From NCBI GenBank assembly GCA_905207515.1, contig CAJLLK010000001.1:12782-76781 (forward strand): 64,000 nt of DNA, written 5' to 3'. Positions 39,572 to 50,060 of this stretch are shown here, piece after piece. The stretch comes from an uncultured Christensenella sp. (GTDB taxonomy: Bacteria > Bacillota > Clostridia > Christensenellales > UBA1242). Both the position numbers and the translations under genes were made by a program. The stretch's first letter is position 1; the number at the start of each line of letters is the position of its first letter. Below the pieces are notes generated by a model that was not told where the DNA came from, ran no database searches, and saw only the letters and a list, made by a program, of their open reading frames with translations.

Positions 39572-40468
39572 TTATCTAAAAATTCTGGAAAAGTTTTCGT
39601 CATAAATCCCTTCAAAAGTTCCAGGACCGTTTCGCTTTGAAAGCAAAACAAAACGTTTAAAAATTTTTTCTTTCAAAGTCTTCTCAAAAAGTGGCTTTTT
39701 GCAGAAAGTTTCCATGCTTTCGGCATGAGTGGAAGCAAGAAGTTTGACGCCGCAAGAGCAGGCATATCTGAGCGCTTCAACATCTTCTTCTTGCCCGACT
39801 TCATCCGTCACAATGATGTCTGGCGAAAGCGACCGAATGCCGTTTTCAAACCCCATTTTTTTGGAAGAAAAAGCGATTTTGTCTGTAAAATTTGAATTTA
39901 TTCCGCAATCAAGTTCGCCACGTTCATCCAAAAGCAAAATGTTGTAAGTCAAATTTCTTTGCGAAAGCTGAGAGACAAAATCTCGCAAGAAAGTCGTTTT
40001 TCCACAGCCTGGCGGCGAAATGACAAGTGTGTTTTCGACCCCGTTTTCTGTGACGATAAACGGAAAAGCGGTCAAAGAGCAATTTTTGACCACGTGCGGC
40101 ACACGAATGTTGCAGCTGCAAAAGTTTGTCATGGTTTTGACATGACCGTTTTCTTCAATCAAGTTTCCGCCAATGCCGATGCGCACGGCTTCATCTGTGA
40201 CAATAAAGCCCTTTTTGATTTGTTCGTTCACAGAATAAATCGAACATTCGCTCGCCCTAAAAATGACATCTTCAATGACGATTTTGCTGGCATAAAGCGC
40301 ATTGTGAATGTCTCTTGTCACGCCGTTTTCAGAAAGAAAATAAATTTTTCCGCTCACGTTGACAACAATCGGCTTTTCGGCGCGCAGTCGAATTTCGTTG
40401 ACCGCTTTCATGTTGACTTTTTCAGAAATAATTTTATAAATTTTGTCAGGCAGAATTTTTTCCAACAT
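39572..40468 (-). CDS. spoIIIAA: Stage III sporulation protein AA (secretion-type ATPase)
   Basis: Walker A SPPGCGKTT, Walker B LLLDERGE; first gene of the operon. Confidence 0.9.
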   Translation of the reverse strand: MLEKILPDKIYKIISEKVNMKAVNEIRLRAEKPIVVNVSGKIYFLSENGVTRDIHNALYASKIVIEDVIFRASECSIYSVNEQIKKGFIVTDEAVRIGIGGNLIEENGHVKTMTNFCSCNIRVPHVVKNCSLTAFPFIVTENGVENTLVISPPGCGKTTFLRDFVSQLSQRNLTYNILLLDERGELDCGINSNFTDKIAFSSKKMGFENGIRSLSPDIIVTDEVGQEEDVEALRYACSCGVKLLASTHAESMETFCKKPLFEKTLKEKIFKRFVLLSKRNGPGTFEGIYDENFSRIFR

Positions 40469-40487
40469 AAAAATTTCTCCTTAACGC

Positions 40488-40518
40488 ATTTTATGAACAT
40501 CAAAATTTTGAAAAATGC
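40488..40518 (-). promoter_or_regulatory. Candidate mother-cell (sigma-E-like) promoter of the spoIIIA operon
   Basis: Minus strand: GCATTTT (40518-40512), 16 nt, CATAAAAT (40495-40488), about 20 nt before ATG 40468. The sigma-E -10 consensus is CATACA-T. spoIIIA is sigma-E dependent in Bacillus. Confidence 0.3.
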
Positions 40519-40581
40519 AACAAAAAAACTTTTCTTGACAGATTTTGTCGAGAGAAAGTTTTGAAGAAACGGTTTATTTTC

Positions 40582-40610
40582 TTGACATCTTTTGCTTTTG
40601 GGTTTATAAT
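40582..40610 (+). promoter_or_regulatory. Consensus sigma-A promoter of the SRP RNA gene
   Basis: TTGACA (40582-40587), exactly 17 nt, TATAAT (40605-40610). The predicted start at about 40617 coincides with the terminal helix of the RNA. Confidence 0.8.
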
Positions 40611-40616
40611 ATTAAA

Positions 40617-40886
40617 ACTGGGCTAGATGGGGAGTTAGCGGTGCCCTGTAACCTGCAATCCGCTACAGCAGGGTTGAACGTTTGCCTAGGTGCAGTTTGG
40701 TTGAAGATGTGCACAAGGTTTTGATGTTGAAATCAAGGTCTTATGCAACCAGCTCCTTCGAACCATGTCAGGTCCTGACGGAAGCATCATTAAGAAGATC
40801 AGTTGATGTGCCATGAGGAAGCTTTGATGGAGTTGAAATTTTGTGAGGCAGTCAGTCAAATTGCAACAAAGCATTCGCCCAGCATG
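40617..40886 (+). ncRNA. ffs: Signal recognition particle RNA, large Bacillus type with Alu domain
   Basis: Domain IV core CATGTCAGGTCCTGACGGAAGCA. The 5' segment GGGCTAGATGGGGAGTTAGCGGTGCCCTGTAACC is Alu-like. Terminal helix CTGGGC (40618-40623) pairs with GCCCAG (40877-40882). A perfect promoter lies upstream and a terminator downstream. Length about 270 nt. Confidence 0.88.
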
Positions 40887-40888
40887 AA

Positions 40889-40925
40889 AAAAGCAAGGTC
40901 AATGTCCTTGCTTTTTTGTTTTTTT
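40889..40925. terminator. Bidirectional terminator between the SRP RNA gene and the ytxH-like gene
   Basis: AAAAAAGCAAGGtcaatgtCCTTGCTTTTTTGTTTTTTT; A-run and T-run on both sides. Confidence 0.8.
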
Positions 40926-40929
40926 GAAA

Positions 40930-41109
40930 TTATTTGCTTTGTTGTGGTTTCTTTTGGTCTTTGACCATTTCTTTCATGTTTTCCACTTCTTTTTTGACAG
41001 CTTTTTCGCCTTTGTTGACGAGCTTTTTTGCGTCTTCGCAGTGTTTATAAAGAAGTGCACCTGCCACAAGACCAGCACCAAAACCTACAACCATCCAAAT
41101 TTCTTTCAT
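40930..41109 (-). CDS. YtxH-like small membrane/stress protein (start refined to second ATG 41109)
   Basis: One Gly/Ala-rich TM helix (VVGFGAGLVAGALL) followed by a K/E-rich helix. AGGAGG lies 6 nt before ATG 41109. Confidence 0.5.
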   Translation of the reverse strand: MKEIWMVVGFGAGLVAGALLYKHCEDAKKLVNKGEKAVKKEVENMKEMVKDQKKPQQSK

Positions 41110-41168
41110 TTGCATCCTCCTATTGTTAGGGTTTGCAAAAACGCGAAAAATATACCTTTTTGTCAGGT

Positions 41169-42113
41169 TTAATAAGAAAATCTGCCAAACATTGAAACAA
41201 TTCTGTTGTATTCAACTTGTTCGTTTGCTTTGATGATCAAAGGTTCTTCAAAAATGTTTTTGGAAGTGTCGCAAATCGAACACAACGCTCTCGGATTGGA
41301 AAGATTTATATAATTTATGACATTGACAAAAGTTTTGAAAACATCTTTCTCGTCAAACAACAATTTTGGACAATTATAGACCAAACTTTCCACCAAAATT
41401 TGATTTGGCACTTTGTTGTAGGCCTTTGAATATATGGCGTTTATAAGTTTTATCATTTCCACAACCATCGAGCCACAACTGCCGATTTTTTCGTTTAAAT
41501 TTGCATATCTGCTGCCAAAATCAACGTCAAAAAATTTGTTTTTGTTTTCGTTATACATCTTAAAATGCTTTGTTTTTGAGTTGTAAGCACAGATATAAAT
41601 TTTTATCTTGACATTTGTGCCAAAATCGTCCTTTCCGACAATGGAAATGTGGTCGAGATATTCGTAGACTATGGAAGTTGAAGACAAATAATTTGCCATG
41701 AATTTGACAAGGTCATGTTTGAAGTCGCTGAACTTATATTTTTCAGCAGGCTCATGTGACACGTCCACTTTGTTTTTCTTATATTTCTTTTTGCCAAGCC
41801 TAAACGAAGCTCTAAATTCTCGCCAAAAGATTTTCCAGAGATTTTTTTTGCTCTGCGAGTTATATTCAATTTGCGGATTTTCCACGCCTAAAAAATAGGT
41901 AAATTCTGAAAGTTGTGTAAAAATGCCCAAATAACTTTCGTTTACAGGCAGAAAACAGCATTTTTTCGGCTTTATAAACGGCGATTTTAAAGAAATGTCA
42001 CCCACCGCTTTGGAAACCAGTTCCTGCACAAAACTGTTGACATTTTCACAAAATTCTATGTTGTCGCTTTCGCTCAAGCTTTCAATCAAATCTCGGTTTA
42101 ATTGAGTTTTCAT
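41169..42113 (-). CDS. Hypothetical protein (314 aa), no family recognised with confidence
   Basis: Long ORF immediately after gap. AAGGA SD overlaps the gap stop and lies 5 nt before ATG 42113. C-terminal ILVESLVYNCP... region is reminiscent of nucleotidyltransferase-fold helical domains (weak). Confidence 0.55.
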   Translation of the reverse strand: MKTQLNRDLIESLSESDNIEFCENVNSFVQELVSKAVGDISLKSPFIKPKKCCFLPVNESYLGIFTQLSEFTYFLGVENPQIEYNSQSKKNLWKIFWREFRASFRLGKKKYKKNKVDVSHEPAEKYKFSDFKHDLVKFMANYLSSTSIVYEYLDHISIVGKDDFGTNVKIKIYICAYNSKTKHFKMYNENKNKFFDVDFGSRYANLNEKIGSCGSMVVEMIKLINAIYSKAYNKVPNQILVESLVYNCPKLLFDEKDVFKTFVNVINYINLSNPRALCSICDTSKNIFEEPLIIKANEQVEYNRIVSMFGRFSY

Positions 42114-42121
42114 CGTCATCC

Positions 42122-43904
<1,783 letters not shown>

Positions 43905-43908
<4 letters not shown>

Positions 43909-44348
43909 TTGTTCTCCTTAAGCCCTTCTGAAATTTTTTTCAATCTTCTGGCATGACGACCACCTTCAAAACTTGTTGTCAAAAACACTTTGACGATGCT
44001 TATGGCTTTTCTCTTTTTCAAAAAACTGCCCGGAAGACACAAAACATTTGCGTCGTTGTCTTTTCTTGCAAGCGACGCCATTGTTGGATTGAAACACAGT
44101 GCCGCCCTGATTTTTGGATTTCTGTTTGCGGCAATGCTCATGCCAATTCCCGAGCCGCAAATAAAAATGCCGACATTGTTTTTGTTTTCAAGCACTTTGT
44201 CAACGCCAAGTTTGGCAAAGTCTGGATAATCGACTGGTTCTTTGCTGTAAGTGCCCACATCAATTGTGATGATGTTTTCTTGATTGAAGAAAGTTTTGAG
44301 TTCTTCTTTTAAAGGATAACCGCGATGGTCACTTGCCATGATAATCAT
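43905..44348 (-). CDS. rpiB: Ribose-5-phosphate isomerase B
   Basis: MASDHRGYPLKEEL, ICGSGIGMSIAANR. Confidence 0.92.
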
Positions 44349-44776
44349 AAACCACTCCTTAAGTTTTTGATTTTGTTTAAAAGCACTTCAACGTTCTGTT
44401 CAAGTTGTTTTGCGCACGACAGATAGGTGTTTAAATCTCTGCCGTAAGGGTCAAGAACTTCGCCCGCAAGCTCACTGAAACTGATAACTTTTTTCGAATT
44501 TATAAATCGTTTGTGTTCGTTTGTCACAGCGACGTAGATTGTGTTTGGTTGAATTTTTTTCAGTTTGACACTCTTTCTCTTTCTGCCGTCATAGCCCAAA
44601 GTTTTAAGCGCCAAACATGCGTTTTCTGTGATGTTTTCTCCAGTTGCATAGATGCCCGCTGACGAAAATTTGACATCTTTCAATTTTTTTTCTTTAGCCA
44701 TTTTCTTTGCAATTCTCTCAGCCATAACCGACCGACAAGTGTTGCCTGTGCACACGAAACAAATCTCTATCATCAT
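44345..44776 (-). CDS. Low-molecular-weight protein tyrosine/arginine phosphatase
   Basis: CFVCTGNTCRS P-loop (CX5R-S) at the N-terminus; DP motif (VLDPYG) near the C-terminus. Confidence 0.9.
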   Translation of the reverse strand: MMIEICFVCTGNTCRSVMAERIAKKMAKEKKLKDVKFSSAGIYATGENITENACLALKTLGYDGRKRKSVKLKKIQPNTIYVAVTNEHKRFINSKKVISFSELAGEVLDPYGRDLNTYLSCAKQLEQNVEVLLNKIKNLRSGL

Positions 44777-44874
44777 TCACCTGATTTAAGTATAACCTAA
44801 TTGAAAAAAAATTCAAAACAAATTGCTTTTATTTTTAAAAAAAGAGCCTAAAAAAGCTCTGAAGAATTAAAATT

Positions 44875-45186
44875 TTAAACTACCACCTTTTTTGGTTTGT
44901 AAAGTTTGTCTAAATTATATTTTTCTCGAATTTTTGGCAAGAAGATGTGAAGAGTGAGATGGGCAAAGTCGAAAACAATCCATTCGCCCTTGAAATAGCC
45001 TTCGATTTTCTCGTCATAACCATATTTTTCTGCAATGATATCAGCCATCTTTTTGCTGTCAACAATTTTGTTGGACGTAGATAAAACCACAAACCTTTCG
45101 TCGTCTCCAGCGCCAAGTTTGTAAACAGAAACATTTTTCATTTTGTTGTCTTGCAACAATTTGACAAGCTCTTTGATGTCTATCAT
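44875..45186 (-). CDS. rsfS: Ribosome silencing factor RsfS
   Basis: 103 aa, GEWIVFDFAHLTLHIFLPKIREKYNLDKLY. Confidence 0.9.
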   Translation of the reverse strand: MIDIKELVKLLQDNKMKNVSVYKLGAGDDERFVVLSTSNKIVDSKKMADIIAEKYGYDEKIEGYFKGEWIVFDFAHLTLHIFLPKIREKYNLDKLYKPKKVVV

Positions 45187-45192
45187 GTTTAA

Positions 45193-45221
45193 ATTTTATC
45201 AACAGCAAAAAAATTTGTCAA
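45193..45221 (-). promoter_or_regulatory. rsfS promoter placed for a leaderless transcript
   Basis: Minus strand: TTGACA (45221-45216), 17 nt, TAAAAT (45198-45193), 6 nt (TTAAAC), ATG at 45186. No SD. Confidence 0.65.
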
Positions 45222-45258
45222 GAAAACTCAAAGTTTTTCACAAAAGATTTGTCTAAAT

Positions 45259-46107
45259 TTGAATAAACGCTTTTTTTCTGTCAAAAATCAGTGCATGAGA
45301 AGATTAAACCTTATCTTTCAAGAGATTTTGAAGTTTGTTTTGATATATCTTTTTTTGTTCATTTGGATAAGATATTTTGTTCGAAACCTTCTTCTTGCCG
45401 TTTTGATTTCACTTTTTTCAAGCCTGGCAATTTATCTTGTTTTGTTGTTGTTTAACAGAAAAAAGAAAACTCAATCAGGGCTGAAATTAAAAGAAAAAGA
45501 AGATGCAGAAAACATGTTTCTTTCGCTCGCCTGCCAAAACAATCCAATGGATTTTTTTGTTAAACTCTCTTCAAAAAAACACAAATCAATCGAAAAACAC
45601 AAAACATATTTGACAATAAATCACGAAAAAGAAAAGGTCAAAACACTGCTTTATTTTGACAACTCTTTTGAAGGGCTGAATGTGGCAAGATTTATGGAAA
45701 TTTACAACAAAGTCAAAAAAGAAAAAGCCAGCAAAATTGTCATAGTTTGCAAAACAATTTCTGACAAACAACTTTTTGCTTTCAGCCTGAATTTCAAAGA
45801 AAAATTTTTATTTTTAGACGAATATGAAAGCTACCAAAAGCTCTACAAGTTTTATGACTGCTTTCCTGAGATCACAAACAGCTATAAAAAAGAAAAAAAG
45901 TTGGTTTTCAAAGATTTTTTGGCGTATTCTTTCAACAAAAAAAGAACAAAAGGCTATCTTTTTTCAGCTTTTATTCTTGTGTTAAGCAGTTTGTTTGTCA
46001 GAGCAACAATTTATTATTGCATTGTGGCGTCACTTTTGGTTGTTTTTGCACTCGTTTCGCAGTTCAACCCCTATTTTAACGTCAAAAACGACACAGAAAT
46101 TTTGTGA
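45259..46107 (+). CDS. Hypothetical membrane protein (start uncertain: TTG 45259 or ATG 45295)
   Basis: Two N-terminal and two C-terminal TM helices flank a soluble core of about 130 aa whose beta/alpha pattern (KIVIVCKTISDKQLFAF...FLFLDEYESY) loosely resembles a restriction-endonuclease-like fold. Confidence 0.5.
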   Translation: MNKRFFSVKNQCMRRLNLIFQEILKFVLIYLFLFIWIRYFVRNLLLAVLISLFSSLAIYLVLLLFNRKKKTQSGLKLKEKEDAENMFLSLACQNNPMDFFVKLSSKKHKSIEKHKTYLTINHEKEKVKTLLYFDNSFEGLNVARFMEIYNKVKKEKASKIVIVCKTISDKQLFAFSLNFKEKFLFLDEYESYQKLYKFYDCFPEITNSYKKEKKLVFKDFLAYSFNKKRTKGYLFSAFILVLSSLFVRATIYYCIVASLLVVFALVSQFNPYFNVKNDTEIL

Positions 46108-46404
46108 CTAAGGCAGCTCGATGTGTTTAAAATCTTTTCTGGTCGACTTTTTATATAAAATCATGATGTTTCCAATCACTTGAACGACTTCAGCTTGAAA
46201 TTTTTCAGCAATCAGATTTGCCATTTCTTTAGCTTCCATGTCACAATTTTTCAAAACCTTGATTTTGACAAGTTCTCTTGCTTCCAAAAGAAGATTGACG
46301 CCTGTCAAAACGTTTTCTGAAATTCCATCCTTACCGATTTGCATAACCGGGTCAAGCGCATTGCCAAGACCGCGCAAATATGCCCTTTGTTTTGTTGTTA
46401 TCAT
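46108..46404 (-). CDS. yhbY: Ribosome assembly RNA-binding protein YhbY (CRM domain)
   Basis: TTKQRAYLRGLGNALDPVMQIGKDGISENV...ARELVKIKVL. Confidence 0.92.
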   Translation of the reverse strand: MITTKQRAYLRGLGNALDPVMQIGKDGISENVLTGVNLLLEARELVKIKVLKNCDMEAKEMANLIAEKFQAEVVQVIGNIMILYKKSTRKDFKHIELP

Positions 46405-46424
46405 AGCTCTCCTTTATCAACATT

Positions 46425-46474
46425 TTGTGTATTATGCTTGCATACCACCTTGCATAACACACAAGATATAGTGT
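46425..46474. repeat. TTGCATAAYAC motif cluster e: one inverted and two direct copies, plus an ACAC-N8-GTGT palindrome
   Basis: TTGTGTATTATGC (46425-46437, inverted), TTGCATACCACC (46438-46449), TTGCATAACACACAA (46450-46464), ACACAAGATATAGTGT (46459-46474). Confidence 0.75.
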
Positions 46475-47745
46475 TATTCAACATATTCAAACGAAATGTC
46501 TTTAATCACAACAGTGTCGCCTTCTTTCAAGCCTTTTTCTTTCAACAAGTCAATCACTCCCATCTCTTTGAGCTTGGTCTGAAAATAGGCAAACGAAGCT
46601 TGGTCAGAAACCACAACACCTCTTATCAAATTTTCAATTCTGCCGCCTGAAAGCTCAAAGCTGCCGTCGTCGTGACGTGTGATTTTGATAGATGAAAAAT
46701 CTTTCTTGTCAAAATCGGTTTCTTCAACTGTTAAAGGTGGTTTTTTCGGAATTTTCTTCAAATTTTCCAAAATTTTTCGCTTCAAAGTTTCAATTCCGTC
46801 ACGCGTGTAAGAAGAAATGGTCAGATATTCTTTAATTTTTGTTTTTGTCACAAAATTGTCGATTTTTTGTTTCAACGTTTCCTCATCCAACAAATCACAC
46901 TTTGAAAACACCACAATTTGTTTTGTTTTGGCAAGGTCGGCGTTATATTTTTTCAGCTCTCTGTTGATTGTTTCAAAGTCGCTGACTACATTGCGCCCTT
47001 CGCTTTCAGAAATGTCAATCAAATGCACAATAAGTCGAACGCGTTCCACGTGCTTGAGAAAATAATGCCCCAAACCCAAGCCTTCGCTCGCACCTTCAAT
47101 CAACCCTGGAATATCCGCAACCACAAATGTTTCGCCCAAAACTTCGCACACGCCAAGATTTGGATAAATTGTTGTGAATGGATAGTTTGCAATTTTTGGA
47201 TTGGCATTTGAAATGACTGACAAAAGTGTCGATTTCCCCACGTTTGGAAAGCCAACAAGCCCGACATCTGCAATGGTTTTAAGCTCCAAAACAACTTCTT
47301 TTGTTTCGGTTGTTTCGCCCATTTGAGAAAAACTTGGAGCTTGTTTGATTGACGATTTATAGAAAGCGTTTCCGTGGCCGCCAAAACCGCCTTTGAGAGC
47401 CACAAAAATGGCTCCGTCTTCATTTAAGTCGGCAATAATTTTGTCGGTTTTTGGATTGATTAACACCGTTCCAGTCGGAACAAGAATGATTTCGTCTTTC
47501 CCACTTTTTCCGGTCTGATTTTTCTGATGACCATCTTCGCCATTTTCTGCAACAAACTTTTTCTTATATCTAAAAGGCAAAAGTGTGTTCATTTCGTTGG
47601 TGGCTTTGAAAATTATGTTTCCGCCCTTGCCGCCGTCGCCACCGTCTGGCCCACCATTTGCCGTTTGTGCCGTGCGCAAAAACGATGTCGAGCCTTTGCC
47701 GCCATTTCCTGCTTTTATTGAGATTTTAACTCTGTCTAAAAACAT
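46474..47745 (-). CDS. obg: GTPase Obg/CgtA (start refined to ATG 47745)
   Basis: MFLDRVKISIKAGNGGKG, G1 GFPNVGKST, DIPGLIEGA, C-terminal TGS-like domain. The longer ORF would overlap nth. Confidence 0.95.
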   Translation of the reverse strand: MFLDRVKISIKAGNGGKGSTSFLRTAQTANGGPDGGDGGKGGNIIFKATNEMNTLLPFRYKKKFVAENGEDGHQKNQTGKSGKDEIILVPTGTVLINPKTDKIIADLNEDGAIFVALKGGFGGHGNAFYKSSIKQAPSFSQMGETTETKEVVLELKTIADVGLVGFPNVGKSTLLSVISNANPKIANYPFTTIYPNLGVCEVLGETFVVADIPGLIEGASEGLGLGHYFLKHVERVRLIVHLIDISESEGRNVVSDFETINRELKKYNADLAKTKQIVVFSKCDLLDEETLKQKIDNFVTKTKIKEYLTISSYTRDGIETLKRKILENLKKIPKKPPLTVEETDFDKKDFSSIKITRHDDGSFELSGGRIENLIRGVVVSDQASFAYFQTKLKEMGVIDLLKEKGLKEGDTVVIKDISFEYVE

Positions 47746-47753
47746 ATTTTCTC

Positions 47754-48392
47754 CTATTTTTCTGGTGGAACGCCAATTCTTGAGCTTGGACAAACGGCGT
47801 TAAAGGCGCAATGTTCGCAATCTGGTTTCATGGCTTTGCAAGTGTAGCGCCCAAAAAGCACCATTTGATAATGCAATTTTGACCATGTGTTTTTTGGGAA
47901 AATTTTGCACAGTTCTTCTTCACATTTGTTTGGGGCTTTGGTGTTTACAAGACCCAATCGGTTTGAAACTCTCAAAACGTGCGTGTCAACAGCAAAATTG
48001 TCGCCACCAAAAGCCACCGCCATGACCACATTTGCTGTTTTTCTGCCTACGCCCGCCAAAGTGAGCAAGTCGTCAAAGTTTTCCGGCACTTTTCCGTTGA
48101 ACCTTTCTATTATGTCACGGCTGGCTGATTTTATTGATTTCGCTTTGTTGTGATAAAACCCGCACGAATGAATTTTCTTTTCCAACTCTTCTTGAGAAAT
48201 TTTAACAAAATCTTTGGGCTTGTTATACGTTTTGAAAAGTTCGTCTGTGACTTGATTTACTCGGTTATCTGTGCATTGAGCCGACAAAATGACCGCAACC
48301 AAAAGTTCAAACGGCGATTTATGTTCAAGCTCGCACCTTGGGTTTTCCACCATTTTGTCAAGCCCGTTCATGATAAAATTTTTGTCTAACAT
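47754..48392 (-). CDS. nth: Endonuclease III
   Basis: HhH-GPD LAGVGRKTANVV, Fe-S cluster CKAMKPDCEHCAFNAVC. Confidence 0.92.
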   Translation of the reverse strand: MLDKNFIMNGLDKMVENPRCELEHKSPFELLVAVILSAQCTDNRVNQVTDELFKTYNKPKDFVKISQEELEKKIHSCGFYHNKAKSIKSASRDIIERFNGKVPENFDDLLTLAGVGRKTANVVMAVAFGGDNFAVDTHVLRVSNRLGLVNTKAPNKCEEELCKIFPKNTWSKLHYQMVLFGRYTCKAMKPDCEHCAFNAVCPSSRIGVPPEK

Positions 48393-48403
48393 TTTTCTTC
48401 CTT

Positions 48404-49861
48404 TTATTTCATCAGCGGGAACAAAACAACATCTCTGATGTTTGGACAGTCAAAGATAAATTGCAAAAATCTGTCAATTCCAAAGCCTAAACCAGAAATT
48501 GGCGGCATTCCATGTTCCATTGCAAGCAAGAAGTCTTCGTCAACATCCATTGTTTCTTCATCGCCAGCCTTTTTCTCTTCAAGTTGAAGTTCCAGCGTTT
48601 TTCTTTGAGTGATTGGGTCGACAAGCTCAGAATATGCCTTCACAAGTTCGGCGCCGCCTGCAACCACTTGAAAAACATCGATAATGCGTTCGTCTTTGTC
48701 GTTTCTTCTTGCAAGCGGAATAAGTGAAGCTGGATAGTTGTAAAGAATTGTCGGATTGACAATGTCAGCTCTGATTTTTCGCTTGTAAACATAGTCAATA
48801 AGCGTTCTCACAGTTTTGCATTCTTCAAGTTCGCTGTAGCCAAAAAGTCCGCGTTCAACAACAATCTTTTTGAGTGCGTCAACATCGTCAATCGACAAAA
48901 AGTCGCAACCTAAAAGTTCTCTCATGCGAGCGACATAGTCAATTCTTGGCCATTTTCCGTCAAACTCAATTTCTTGACCTTGATATGTGATTTTGGTGGT
49001 TCCAAGGCACTCTTTCATAAGTTTTACGAGCATGGTTTGGAAAAATTTGATGTTGTCTTCAAAGTTCCAATAAGAAGCATACCACTCAACCTGCGTAAAT
49101 TCTTGAAGATGTGATGGGTCCATGCCTTCGTTTCGGAAATCTTTTCCAAGTTCAAAAACTCTGTCAATTCCAGCACCAATGCACTGCTTCAAGTGGCACT
49201 CTGTGGCAATTCTCAGATTGCAAGTGATGTCGAGAGCATTGTGATGAGTGAAAAATGGCTTTGCGCTTGCGCCAGAAACGCTTGTCTGCAAAATTGGCGT
49301 TTCGACTTCAATAAAGCCGTTGTCTTCGAGATATCTTCTGATAAACGAAACCACTTTGCTTCTTGTCAAAAAGATTTTTCGGCTGTCTTCGTTTGTGATA
49401 AGGTCAAGATAACGCTGACGATATTTGATTTCGGTGTCAGTTATTCCATGAAACTTTTCTGGAAGCGGTCTCAAAGTTTTTGAAAGTAATGTAATTTTCT
49501 CCGCTCTGACAGTCACTTCGCCCGTTTGCGTTTGATAAACTTCGCCTTCCACGCCAATAAAGTCGCCGATGTCAATCATCTTTTTATAAAAATTGTAGTC
49601 CTCTTCTGAAAATTCATTTCTGCCGACAGAAACTTGAATTTTGTCGTAAATGTCTCTGATTTGGCAAAAACCAAACTTACCCATAATTCGACGAAAAACA
49701 ATGCGCCCAGCAATTTTGACGCGTTCGCCCAGTTTTTCTCTTGCCTGTTTGATTGTGCAAGTTCTTTCAAACTTTTCTTTGTATGGGATTTCACCCATTT
49801 TTTTCAGTTCTTCAATCTTTTGTCTTCTGATGTCGATTTCGTTTGATAAATTTTCTTCCAT
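48404..49861 (-). CDS. lysS: Lysine--tRNA ligase (class II)
   Basis: OB-fold N-domain, RQRYLDLI, FRNEGMDPSHLQEFT, GLGFGIDRF. Confidence 0.96.
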   Translation of the reverse strand: MEENLSNEIDIRRQKIEELKKMGEIPYKEKFERTCTIKQAREKLGERVKIAGRIVFRRIMGKFGFCQIRDIYDKIQVSVGRNEFSEEDYNFYKKMIDIGDFIGVEGEVYQTQTGEVTVRAEKITLLSKTLRPLPEKFHGITDTEIKYRQRYLDLITNEDSRKIFLTRSKVVSFIRRYLEDNGFIEVETPILQTSVSGASAKPFFTHHNALDITCNLRIATECHLKQCIGAGIDRVFELGKDFRNEGMDPSHLQEFTQVEWYASYWNFEDNIKFFQTMLVKLMKECLGTTKITYQGQEIEFDGKWPRIDYVARMRELLGCDFLSIDDVDALKKIVVERGLFGYSELEECKTVRTLIDYVYKRKIRADIVNPTILYNYPASLIPLARRNDKDERIIDVFQVVAGGAELVKAYSELVDPITQRKTLELQLEEKKAGDEETMDVDEDFLLAMEHGMPPISGLGFGIDRFLQFIFDCPNIRDVVLFPLMK

Positions 49862-49894
49862 AAATAAGCTCCTTGCTTTTGAATATCAAGATAA

Positions 49895-49923
49895 AATATA
49901 GCATATAAAAATTATTAAGTCAA
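49895..49923 (-). promoter_or_regulatory. lysS promoter
   Basis: Minus strand: TTGACT (49923-49918), 17 nt, TATATT (49900-49895). The short leader carries SD AAGGAG and is too short for a T-box. Confidence 0.55.
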
Positions 49924-50060
49924 ACAAATTATCGTTTGAAAGCAAAAAGCGTTGTCGTCAAATTTCGCAAAGCTTTTTTATGAAAAACTTTAATTTGTTT
50001 GTAAAATTTCACTGTTTGTGTTATTATGGAAAGGTCCAATTTGGATGTTAAGGAGAATTT

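Noticed and set aside
48404-50060. Looked for T-box leaders upstream of lysS and proS, and for preQ1 or S-box elements near queA/tgt and nifS.
   Set aside because: The lysS leader is only about 30 nt. proS and tgt are translationally coupled or tightly linked to upstream genes. The nifS leader is about 20 nt. None has room for a riboswitch or T-box.
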